Positions 27,701-38,104 of a DNA stretch of 64,000 nucleotides are shown in pieces. Position 1 is the first letter of the stretch, and each line of letters opens with the position of its first letter. A model generated the notes under the pieces. The model was not told where the DNA came from and ran no database searches. It was given only the letters and a program-made list of their open reading frames with translations. Position numbers and translations under genes: made by a program. This DNA is from Protoeuglena noctilucae (lineage: Eukaryota): contig OY253671.1 in NCBI GenBank assembly GCA_958009085.1, forward strand, positions 1,426,001-1,490,000. Reading direction: 5' to 3'.

Positions 27701-29365
27701 ACCGCGTGGCCCAGCCCGTGGCGGATGGGGACGGCGTGGCCGTCGCCGTGCACACCCTCTCGGGCCGGCCCCTGTGGCTGGCGGTGGGGACGCTCGAGCG
27801 CGTGTCGGCGCTGGCCGTGGGGCCCTCGGGCGACGTGCTGGTGGCGGACGGCGAGGCGCTGACGCTCGCCCTGCTGGGCGCGGACGGCCAGCTGGCGGCG
27901 CGGGCCGGCCCCGCCCTGCAGAGCCGGCCCCTGGAGTCCTTTGACGACCTCGTCGACGAGGCCCTGGGGGCGGCGGCGCGGCGGGGCGAGGGGGAGGGGG
28001 AGGGCCCCGGGTCCGAGGCGCTGCTGCGATCCGCGGGCTCCTCCGCGCCGGTCCCCTCGGAGGGCGTGGCGTCCCTGCAGGAGCACCTCCTGGAGAGCGT
28101 GTCGTTCGTGCATGCCGACGCGAGGGGGTTCTGGTACGTGGGCGAGACGGCGCAGGGGCGCGTGGTGGTCCTGGACGAAGGCCTGGCCCTGGTGGCCGTC
28201 CTGGCGCGGTGGGGCTGCGAGGGGCAGGAGGCGCAGGGGGCGGTCCTCGGGGCACCGGTGGGCGTGGCAGTCGACGGCCGAGGGCGCGTGTGGGTGGCGG
28301 ACAGGGACGCGGGGCTCGTGATTGCGTTCGACTCGCTGCACGACTTCAGCCCCGTCGCAGGTGAGCCGGGTGGGGCTTGTCTGGCTGAGGGGCCGGCGCG
28401 CGTGGCGCAATCTGACGTGACTTGGTGCCGTGGCTCCCCGCGCAGTGGTGGGGCCGCGGGGACACGTAATTGTCGAGGACCTCTGCAACCAGGCGGACCT
28501 GCGCAGCGCAGCCGTGGCGAGGGTCGGCGCCTTCACGGCTCTGGAGGGTGTGGCTGAGGTGGGGCAGCGGGCAGCCAAGAGCTCCCAGTCCATGCTGACT
28601 GGCCGCGCACGTGACATTGTTCTCTGTTCGCATGCTACAGCTTGCCGCCAGCCGTGTCCCCAGGTCGACGCCACCACCGCCTGGGTGCTGGTGGGCGGGG
28701 CGGACGGCCGCCGTCTCCTGACGCTCGACACGGCGACCTGGCGCGTGGAGGAAGGGCCCGGGCACCCCGTGGCTGCCGATGAGCACGCTGTCCACTCCCT
28801 GCGCTTCTTCCGTGCCCCGGAGCTCGTGGGTGAGCGTGCGGGGGCGTGCCTGGGTGTGCGGGATCAGGCCCAAGCGGGTCATCACCCGTTGCCGCTTACT
28901 TCTCAAGTATCCTTGCTCCATGCACCCGCAGCTATCGGTCCCGAGGGCGGCTCTGACCAGTCGGGCCCCTTCCGCGTGTCCTTCACGTGGTCCGAGGCTG
29001 TGGAGGGCTTTGACGCCGAGGACGTCCACGTGGGGGGCATCGGGGGCACCCTGTCGCCGCTGGCGACGGAGGACGGGATTACGTTCACCAGGCGAGCGAT
29101 GGCGCGCCTCACCCCGCGCCCCGTGCTGGCAGCTTGCACTGTGCCCGCACTGGGCCGGCATTGAGCCTGTAGCCCAGGCCTCCCCTCCTGCAGCACCGTC
29201 TCTCCCCGCGGCGTGGGCGCCCTGACCCTCAAGGTCCTCCCCGGCTCGGTCACCTCCCTCGCGGGCCTGGCCAACCTGCTTCCCAGCGACACCGTCCGCG
29301 TGCGCTTCAGCGGGGGGCGGTGCGCGGCCGAGATGTCCTGCCAGTGGTCGCTGGCTTTCTACGAG
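24760..29365 (+). CDS. Signal-peptide, multi-domain region (DNRLRE/CBM96-like, several Ig-like repeats, NHL beta-propeller); probably the N-terminal part of a fusion with the downstream ATAD3 module
   Basis: MARRRAWGTSPSSPLLFFSLICWLALCALS signal-like start; VVSASLTLW...EVFRSAGDWGAATTY; Ig-like VRAVDRAGN and VATDRAGN strands; NHL motifs ALAVGPSGDVLVAD and PVGVAVDGRGRVWVADR; terminal Ig FRVSFTWSEAVEGFDAEDV. If unspliced at 29366 the frame stops at 29380. Confidence 0.7.
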
Positions 29366-29463
29366 GCGAGGGCGCTGTAGGGCGTCAAAGCGGTCATGGA
29401 ACAAGCAGCTGGGGCGCTGATCGATCCCATGGCCAGCGCTGCCCGTGTCCCTTGTGCCCGCAG

Positions 29464-31917
29464 CACGAGCTGGCCATGGACCGGCTTCGGGTGGAGGCCA
29501 CGCTGCAGAAGCAGGCGATGGTGGCGGCGGAGATGGAGGCGGCGAGGGTGCGGGTGCAGGAGGAGCGGGCGCTGGGGCAGGAAAGGGAGGCGCAGGAGCG
29601 GCGGCTGGGGCAGGTGAGGGGAGGGGCGTGGGACTATGGATGAGCGAGGCATGCTGGGGGCGGTAACGAGGGTGTCCGCGGCATCGCAGGTCCGGTTGGA
29701 GGCGGATGCGGCGAGGGAGAGCGCGAGGGTCGAGGCGGAGCGGCAGGCGGCGCTGGCACGCGCGGACGTAGAGAGGCAGTTGATGGAGGAGGTGAGTGGA
29801 GAGGCAGATGATGGAGGAGGTGAGTGGAGAGGGAGTTGATTGAGGGGGTGAGGCCGTGGCAGGGGCCGGCAGGTGCTGGCACAGCGTGGCTGGCCGGCCT
29901 TGAATGGACCGGCGAGCATCCGGCTCCCTGCCCCGCCCGCAGCGTCTGGAGCAGGAGCGGCTGGTGCGTGAGATGGACGTGGCCGCTGCGGCAGAGAAGG
30001 CGAAGGCGGAGGCGGCGGCGCGGGTGGCGGAGAAGGAGGCGACGCAGCACCTGGAGCTTGAGCAGATCAAGGCGCAGGGCGCCACGCAGTCGGGCGCCTA
30101 CGTGGCGGCGGTGCTGGCGGGGCTCTCCGCGGCGGGCAAGGGCCTCCTCGCCACGCTCAGCAGCCCCACGCACCTTCGGCAGCTGGCCGTGGCCTTCGGG
30201 GTGTTTGCCGCCCTCTACTTCTCCGCGAAAGAGACTGCGAGGCGAGGACTGCGAGGAGCAGCGGGCACCCGACTGCACAGCGACTGCAACGTCAGGTTGG
30301 CAATCGCACCTGGGGCCTAACCCTCACCCCTACCCCGCCGCCGCAGAGTGGTGAGCGAGCAGGCCTCCCGGCTGCTCAGCCAGCCGCCTCTGGTGCGCGA
30401 GACCACCGTCGGGTGGCTGCAGATGCTGCGGCGGTGGGCACGCGGCCTGTCCCGCCGCACCGATGACCCCAGGCACGCCCTCGACGAGGTCATCCTGCCA
30501 GGCAACCTCCACAGCCGCATGGCGGCCCTGGCCAAGACGGTGGCGCAGGTGGGGGCATGACCCTGGCAGGGAGCATAGGGGTGGACAGGGCCACGTGTTT
30601 CCGGACCGGTGCCCACGCCCTGCAACGCAGACCAAGGCGCATGGCGCGCCCTTTCGCCACGTGCTGCTCTACGGCCCGCCCGGGACGGGGAAGACCATGG
30701 CGGCCACGCGGCTGGCGCGGGGATGTGTGATGGACTACGCCGTCATGTCGGGGGGGGACGTGCTCCCCCTGGGCACGGACGCCGTGCAGGAGCTGAACAA
30801 GCTCTTCGCGTGGGCCAAGTCCTCCCGCCGCGGCCTGGTGCTCTTCATCGACGAGGCCGACGCCTTCCTGCGCAAGCGCGGGGCCACGGGCAACGGCCGC
30901 ATGGGCGCGCCCAGCGAGAACCTGAGGGCGGCCATCAACGCCCTCCTGGCGCACACGGGCACGCAGCAGAGCCACTTCATGATGGTCCTGGCCAGCAACC
31001 GCCCCCAGGACCTGGACGACGCCGTCATGGACCGCATTGACGAGACGGTCGGGTTCCCCAAGCCCGCCCTGCCCCAGCGCGAGGCCATGCTGCGCAAGTA
31101 CTTCCGCGAGTACATCGGGCGCGTGCCCGACCGCAAGGAGACGGTGCGGTACGGGCCCTTGGGCATCTTCGAGGCCCAGGTGGAGCCCTACCAGGCCGCG
31201 ATACCCGACGCAGGTGGGACGCGATGTGACGGGGGTGGGCCGAGATGCATGTTCGCTCGCAGCCGGTGTGACCGGCGGAACGCGCGGGTCCCTCCCCGCC
31301 CCCGCAGGCTTTAAGAGGTGGTCCTGGGAGCAGTGGCGGTTCGTGCCGCGCGCGGTGCGGCTGGTGGACATCACCGACGCGCTCTTCAAGGAGGCTGCCA
31401 TCGCCACGGACGGCTTCTCGGGCCGCGAGATGGCGAAGCTCATGGCCGCGGTGCAGGCCAAGGTGAGCGCGGCGGAGAGCAGCCACAAGAATGCGCGATG
31501 CGTGGGCCGGCAAGCGCGTGCACGCCTCGAGCGCTCTGTCTCATCTCATCCCCCCAGGTCTACTGCAGCCAGGACGAGGGCGGGACGATGTCACTGGACG
31601 CGCGCACCATGCTATCCGTCATCCGCCAGAAGGTGGCCGAGCACGGGGAGAAGGAGCACTTCATGGCAGAGGACGGGAACCCGCAGCCGTCGCCGCCCCT
31701 GACGCCCCCGCCCCTGGCAGCAGGGGGCGGCAAAGTGAGTTGCAGACCCCAGCACAAGGGAGACCCATGCGCACAGGCGATGTGCAGGGCGTCAACCCTC
31801 TCATATCCTGCATATCCCTCGATTCGCTCGCAGGTGGGCGACCGCAGGAAGAGGGGCGGATCGCGCGCCTTCGCGGAGCCGGCCGGCGCAGAGGACGGGC
31901 AGGGCGACGAGGAGTGA
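29464..31917 (+). CDS. ATAD3: ATAD3-like module: coiled coil, TM segment and AAA+ ATPase
   Basis: QPPLVRETT, PFRHVLLYGPPGTGKTM (Walker A), DYAVMSGGDVLPLG, GLVLFIDEADAFL (Walker B), LASNRPQDLDDAVMDRIDE, TDGFSGREMAKL. No canonical ATAD3 N-terminus or room for a separate promoter upstream. Confidence 0.9.
29771..29853 (+). repeat. 28-bp tandem repeat, three copies, spanning a 5' splice site
   Basis: gagaggcagttgatggaggaggtgagtg / gagaggcagatgatggaggaggtgagtg / gagagggagttgattgagggggtgagg. Confidence 0.9.
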
Positions 31918-32114
31918 CGTGGCCCCCAGGGGAGACAGGCGTGACCCGTGGTCCCTCCACCCCGCGCGCCTTTGAAGTGTTGATAACTGTGCCACCTCCC
32001 TCATGACATGGGCCTGCCCTGTGCGTCCCCCTCCCGGTCCATTGAGGGCGGGTCCCCATCCCCCTCCATCAGCCGCCGACGCCGTGGGCGCACCTGCGGG
32101 AAACACTGCTCTCG

Positions 32115-33818
32115 TCAGAGCCCGCTGCCTGTCCAGCACACGAAGCCAAACATGCCTCCGCCCCTCGCCTTGTTCGGGAACCATGGCAGCTGCGTCTGGT
32201 CCGTGTTGCGCTCCGGGATCTGGGCCTCAAGCTCCACCATGCGACTGCGCGAGAGGGGTGCGTGAGAACAGTGCGGTCGACAGGAGCTAGGACAGCAATA
32301 GTGGTTCGAACACGTTACATGGTCCCCCATCGTAAGACGATGCTCGCTCACCGGTGCAGGCGCGCCGTGATTTGAGCCCAGAGCTCCGGCCGGCTGCCCC
32401 CCGCGCACGCGCACTTGCGAAGCAGATCGCTGACGTCCACGGGCTCGCCCACGTTCACCGTCACGCGATTGCCCACCCTCGGGACGCGCGCCTTGGCCGG
32501 CATGACGTCGCCCATCCCCGTGTGGAAGATGGGCAGCACGAGCGGGAAGGCCCTGTCGCTGCACCCGCCGATGGGCTCCGCGGGGAAACGCGGTTGGTCG
32601 CTTGCGCTCGCGTCGCTGTCGCCCCCGCCCGCACTTGCGCTCTCTGCCGCCTCCTGTCGGTGCCTCGCATGCGCCGCCATGGCAGCCTCCCAGTACCCAT
32701 CTGCAGCTAGTAGCATCCAAAAAAGTCAGTTTCTGCCCCACCGCGTCGCCCGCCGCCTCCCCAGCCCCCTCGCACGCGCTCGCCTGGGTACGGGAAGGGC
32801 TTGACAGGCGCGTGGTGGCGGGACGCCACGGTCGAGACGTCCTGGCCCGTGAACTCTGCCTCCACGGCGTCGCAGAGGACGCGGCCGATGCCCCAGCGAA
32901 ATTGGCTGACCCGGCCGTCGTAGTTGACGCGGCCCTGGGGGCACGGGTACGCATGAGGCCTGGCAGTCACCCATGCGCCCCATGCGGCAGAGAGGCAACC
33001 GAGATGACGCGCGCTCACCTCCGCGAAGATGTGCACCCAGTCGCCGTCCACCACGCGCCGCGTGGCCGCACCCACGCACGGCTGCTGGGTGCCCATGCCC
33101 CGCTCCACCGGCACCACCTTGCCGTGACGGAAGAAGTGGGTCAGCACGGGGTGCCCGAAGCAGTACTCGCGCGCGCACAGCGACCATCTCCCTGCGTGGT
33201 GCGAGGGGGCGCGTCCGGCAGCACGCGACGGCGCGGCAGGCAGCGTGGGCGGCGGCCACAGAAGCGCACCTCGTCGATGGATGGACTCCCCCGCCCAGAA
33301 GCTCAGCGGCATGAGGCTCGCCAGGACCCCGGGATCGTCGAACGTGCTCACATGGTTGCTATACGTCACCAGCGCGCGGTTGCCGCGCCGGAGGACGGCG
33401 TCCCTGCGAGGCACGAGTGCAGGCGAAGCGTCGCTAGCACCTCCGCGAGTAGTTTGCGATGGAGCACCACATGCCCATGCCCTTGTCCCTCACTGAATGG
33501 CCTCGGCGTTGCGGAACTCCGTCTGATTCAGCAATCGCGGCAGCGTGTGGCTGATGGCCGCCACGGACACGAGCACGAAGTCCCGGACCCTGCGTGCGCG
33601 GGGCACATCCGCAATTACCGGGGCGCGACTTGCCACCAAACCCGTTCCTCAGCACGGGAGGCATCGCATGGATCCGGAATATACTTGCACGGATACCGCT
33701 GAGCAACTGTCCGGCCCAGCGCCCCTCCCGGCTCGCGTGGCCCGCACCTCCCCCCCCACGGCGGACGGCAGAAGTCGTCGTCAAAGAAGAGCGGCGTCTC
33801 TTGGGCGATGTCGTCCAT
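32115..33818 (-). CDS. TAZ: Tafazzin/NAPE-synthase-like phospholipid acyltransferase
   Basis: MDDIAQETP...RPPWGG start; LVTYSNHVSTFDDP (HxxxxD motif), RWSLCAREYCF, GDWVHIFAEGRV, FRWGIGRV, VLPIFHTGMGDVMP. Confidence 0.88.
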
Positions 33819-34226
33819 CGCCGCTCATCGTGTCGTCCGCAAATGATCCTCTCCGTCGATCCCAAGCTCTCCCAGAGGACCTGTGATTGTTTGCGGGTCG
33901 AGAAGGGGTCCGCACGACGGAGACAGGTGCGTGCTGATCCGTGCGCGCGTCGAAGGCGCCGAAGAACATCTGCCGGAAGCTGAATTTGGCGCGCCAGTTG
34001 CCTGCCAGTTCGTTCAGTGAGGGACGCCATCCGCAGCGACTGCGCTCTCACCGTCACCGTCTCACATACCAAGCTCGATACGTCACACAACTGTGCTATC
34101 TGAAGTCTGCAAACGCTCCCTTCTGCCCTTTCCCCCTGCATCTCCGCGTTCCTGCGCAGTTCCGCGTCTAGCCCCGATTGAGCGCTGTAATTGCCTTTGC
34201 ACAACTGTCAGATAGCTCGTGTAGGG

Positions 34227-34744
34227 ATGCAACGAGATGAAATCATAGCCTCCACGCCCATGTTCAGCGTGGGCGTGGGGAAGGACCCGGCCGATCATCC
34301 GGAGCAGGTGCACGGCGCGCTCGTGCGCGCGGTGGCGCCTGAACACCTGCTGAAGGATGGCATGGGTAAATTCGCGCTTGCGGGCCCGACGCAGAGTGCG
34401 GAGGACGCGCAGAAGGAGCTAGAGGGGCTGCTGAGGAAGGTCGTGATGGTGGAGATCAAGGATGGGAGGCGCATCGTGGGGAGCGTAAACTGCATCGATC
34501 CTCAGGGGAACCTCATCGTCGAGGTGCGGGCGTGGCTGCGGCAGTGCGCCCCACCGCCACCGCCACCGCCATGCTGGGGCTTGCCCACGTCCCCACGCCC
34601 TCGGGCACGCAGCACGCCGTGGAGCACCGCGGCGCCGGGGACGCGGAGCAGACGAGGGAGGTGGGCATGGTGCTCATTCCCCACTACCGTCGCGTGCGCG
34701 TCTGCCTCGCCCAGGACGCATCGCATCGGCCGGGTGGCGCCTGA
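34227..34744 (+). CDS. NAA38: Sm-domain protein, NatC auxiliary subunit NAA38/LSMD1/Mak31-like (start codon uncertain)
   Basis: LEGLLRKVVMVEIKDGRRIVGSVNCIDPQGNLIVE|HAVEHR...REVGMVLIPHYRRVRVCL; one GT-AG intron. Confidence 0.75.
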
Positions 34745-34763
34745 TTCAAACTTGGCTGCTGTG

Positions 34764-37221
34764 TCACCCCGCCCCCGGGAAAGCCTCGGCGTTCTCCCGC
34801 GCAAGCGACGCCAGCTCTGTCGCCCCCCACTTCTCCAGCAAGTGCTTGCCCAGCACGCCCAGCTTGTGCAGCAACTCCCCCGCGTCCTTCTGAGAGCTGC
34901 GCGCATGCCGATGCCGGGAAGTTGACCGTCCCTGCGAGCCCGGGCCCGGCTCGCGGGGAGCGGCCCGCGCATTTCCCGCACCTGAACGCCGCGTCTGCCT
35001 CGTCTTCCCTGCTCGACGCGCCCGTGGTGGCCGTGTTGCCCCCCACCGTGCGCGCCCAGGCCGGCGCCCCCCTCTGGTGCCCCAGCCGCGCCACCGTCTC
35101 GGCCGTCTTCTCCGCCAGCTGCGGGAGGCCCGGGTGCGCGGCCAGGCGCTCCAGGAAGACGGAGGTGTAGAAGTCGAGGGTGCCGGGCGCCACCTCCTCG
35201 ATGGACATCATGCACCCCAGCATCGTCTCGTACCACTGCAGCACGTGGCCCAGGTCGGGGTTGGCGCGCACCACGCTCGCCGCCGCGTACTGCATCGCCT
35301 CCATCACGGGGCCGGCGCCCTCGGGGATGCGGTCCTCCCCTGCGGAGGGGGCACAGGCGTGCGTGGCGCACTGCTGCACGCATGGCACACTGCTGCCGCC
35401 TGGCCCGCACCCCCCACACCCCCCGCCCCCGCTCACCGTTGATGATGGCCAGCAGTCGCTCGGACTGGTACTCTTCCTCCCCCGCGTCGTCCAGCACCGC
35501 CGAGGGCGCCCCACGGAACGACTCCGCGAAAGGGTCCTGGGGGGGCAGCGACTCCTGCCGGGCCAGGAAGGCCGGGTTCACGCCGCGGCCCATCGCCTGC
35601 CCCTTCGCCACGCTCTCCGGCAGGTCCCAGTCCCACGCCGGGGCGCCCCGCGGCGTCTCGCGCTCCGCCTCCTCGGGCGCCCGCTCACGCGCCTCCGCAT
35701 ACAGCTGCTCCTGCGCGGTAAAGCGGGGCGGGGAGGGAATGAAGTCGGCGGCGATCTCATCGGCAAGCGCCCCGCCCGTCTCTGCCTCGGCGACTCGCCT
35801 GGCAGTCCAGCACCATCCCTGGGAAGGACCGCGGGCAGCTGGCGTCTGCCAGGAAGCGGTGCTGCAGGAGCTCCTCGGCCGAGGGGCGCAGGGACGGGTC
35901 CTGCATGCGGATGATGCATGCGGTGACGGCGCTCACATCCGACCCAGGGGCATGGGCCGTCGCAGGCACGCTGCCCGCCACAGACCGCCCTCTGTCAGGC
36001 ACTTGCCTTTTGCAGGCACTTCGACACGAAGTCCTTCAGGGCCTCGCTGAACTTGCCCTCCAGCTGCGGCGGGTCCTCCTTGACGATCTTGAAGATGGCC
36101 TGGAACTCGTTGCCCGCGTAGGGGGGCAGGCCCGTGGCCAGCTCAAACGTCGTGATGCCCAGTGACCAGACGTCCGCCTGCTTCGTGTACCCGTCCGACC
36201 GGCCGGCCTTGATGACCTGCGGCGACACGCACATCGCACGTGGCACGTCAACAGTCCCGCCCCCTTGACGCCAGCCACACCCATTCAACCACCGCGTGAC
36301 TGCCCCTCGCCTCCGGCGCCATCCAAAAGGGCGTGCCGGCCGTGGTCTTCATACGGTCCTGGATGTGGTCCGAGATGCGGCGCGAGGCGGAGAAGTCCGT
36401 GAGGCGCACGGCGCCGTCTCCTGGAGGGGTGGGCGGGGTTAGGTTCGCGTTTTAAGCCCCCACTGCGCGTTGCGGGGTATCCGACTCAGACCTCGCCGCT
36501 TGCCTGAGGCGAGGACGTTGGCGGCCTTGACGTCCCTGTGCACGATGTTGGACTTGTGAAGGTAGCTGAGGCCCTTGAGGACCTCGGTGACGATGTACGC
36601 GATGGTGGGCTCGTCCAGCGTGCGCCGCTCAAGGAGGTCCCGCGTGGAGCAAGCTGCGAGGCGAGAGAGTCTAACATTGGTGCTTCTGATGCAAGCGAGA
36701 TGCTCATACGCGGATCAAGAACGACCGGCCTGCCCCCGACGCACCCATGAGTTGCATCACCACGTTGAGCTCCGATGTCCCGGGCGACACGTAGGAACCA
36801 TAGTAGTCGATGATCTGGGGGGACCTGCGAATAAGGCATGAACTCGTCGCCTGGCCATGCCAGCGCGCACCTCGCCCGCGTGCCAGCCCCCCCCCCCGCC
36901 TGCCCACACGCACCGGACCCGCGTCAGGGCCTCCACCTCGCGCGCCACCATGTCCAGGGTGTCCTCCACGTCCTCCAAGTCGATCACCTTGATGGCCACG
37001 TCGATGCCCTTATCTGCGAACGCCGACGGGCCACGCAGGCTCCGGCCAGACCGCTTCACCCACCGACCGGCAGAGCCCAGGCCAGCTGCCTCACCGATGT
37101 CCACCGCCTTGAAGACCCGACCCAGGACGCCTCTCCCGACCATGAACTGCTTCACGTAGCGACCCGTCATCTTGCCCCACTGCGAGCTGCTCGCGTCCTG
37201 GGCCGGCGCCTTGCCCGCCAT
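34764..37221 (-). CDS. STE20-family (GCK-III / plant MAP4K-alpha-like) Ser/Thr kinase
   Basis: VGRGVLGRVFKA, VAIKVIDLEDVED, HRDVKAANVL, LTDFSASR, AGTPFWMAPEVI, ADVWSLGIT.FELATGLPP; C-terminal SIEEVAPG...FLERL and LGKHLLEKW helices; stop at 34764. Confidence 0.9.
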
Positions 37222-37223
37222 GC

Positions 37224-37677
37224 TCAGGGCTTGGGCGGCTCCTGCACCTTCTCATCAAACTTGCCCGACGCCTGGCGGCTGCCGTCGATGCCACTCGCCC
37301 GGCGAAGAAGCTCCGCCGTGCTCGGCGCCTGGGAGGCGCGCCAGGGAGCGAAGGGTCCATCACGCATTCCAGGGTGCCCTGACCGATTCGATAGGCCCAC
37401 CGACACCCCCGGTCACCTTGATCGGAGCGCGGCGGTTGTCCGGCACGGGCAGGAGATCCTCCAGCGGCTCAGCCTTGTTCGCGGCCTTTCTCCTGCGCGG
37501 GCGGGAGCTTGGCGAGGGCATCCCGCAGTGCGGTGGTTGCCGAGCAGCGCCGCGCTCGTCGACCCCGCGCCGCCAGCGGCTGGCAGAGTGCAATGCGAAG
37601 CTTCACCTGAACGACGCGGAGAAGTCCTTCCAATGCGCACGCTCGTCTTCGCCCAATGGCTTCACCGCCTTGGACAT
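37224..37677 (-). CDS. 83-aa, three-exon ORF immediately upstream of the STE20 kinase (uORF, first cistron, or frameshifted kinase N-terminus)
   Basis: Exons 37677-37607, 37492-37417, 37328-37224 with canonical GT-AG introns in frame: MSKAVKPLGEDERAHWKDFSASFRRKAANKAEPLEDLLPVPDNRRAPIKAPSTAELLRRASGIDGSRQASGKFDEKVQEPPKP*. Junction reads CCC TGA GC ATG. Confidence 0.6.
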
Positions 37678-38104
37678 GGTCGGGCTGTGTCGGGAATTCC
37701 CAGGGCCCTAGGGGTCCGCGCCCGGTCACGAGCCACGGACTGGATCCAAGGATAGCGCAGGATCCACGGCGAGCGATGAGGCGACGTCCCTGAGGCAGCA
37801 CGTGCTGGAGCGCGCTGTATCGCGAAAGAAGCGCGAAAAGGCACTTGAGGGCGCTCGTGCGGATCGCGGAGAACGAGTGAGGCCACAGGGGGCAATCTGG
37901 GGCGGAAGAAGGGACCGGTGTTTCTGTCGGTCTGACTGACGAGACCCCGATCTCGGAAGCGCCCCGCGAGTTTTGAGCAGTTCCGTTGCGACGTTTTCTC
38001 TGCCGTCGATCGCACCCGCGCCCCATCTGCCCGCATCTCCCTCGGCGCTTTCGGACAGCTGATCCGAGGCCGCTCGCGAGCGTGCGGGACTGAGGACCCC
38101 TGGC

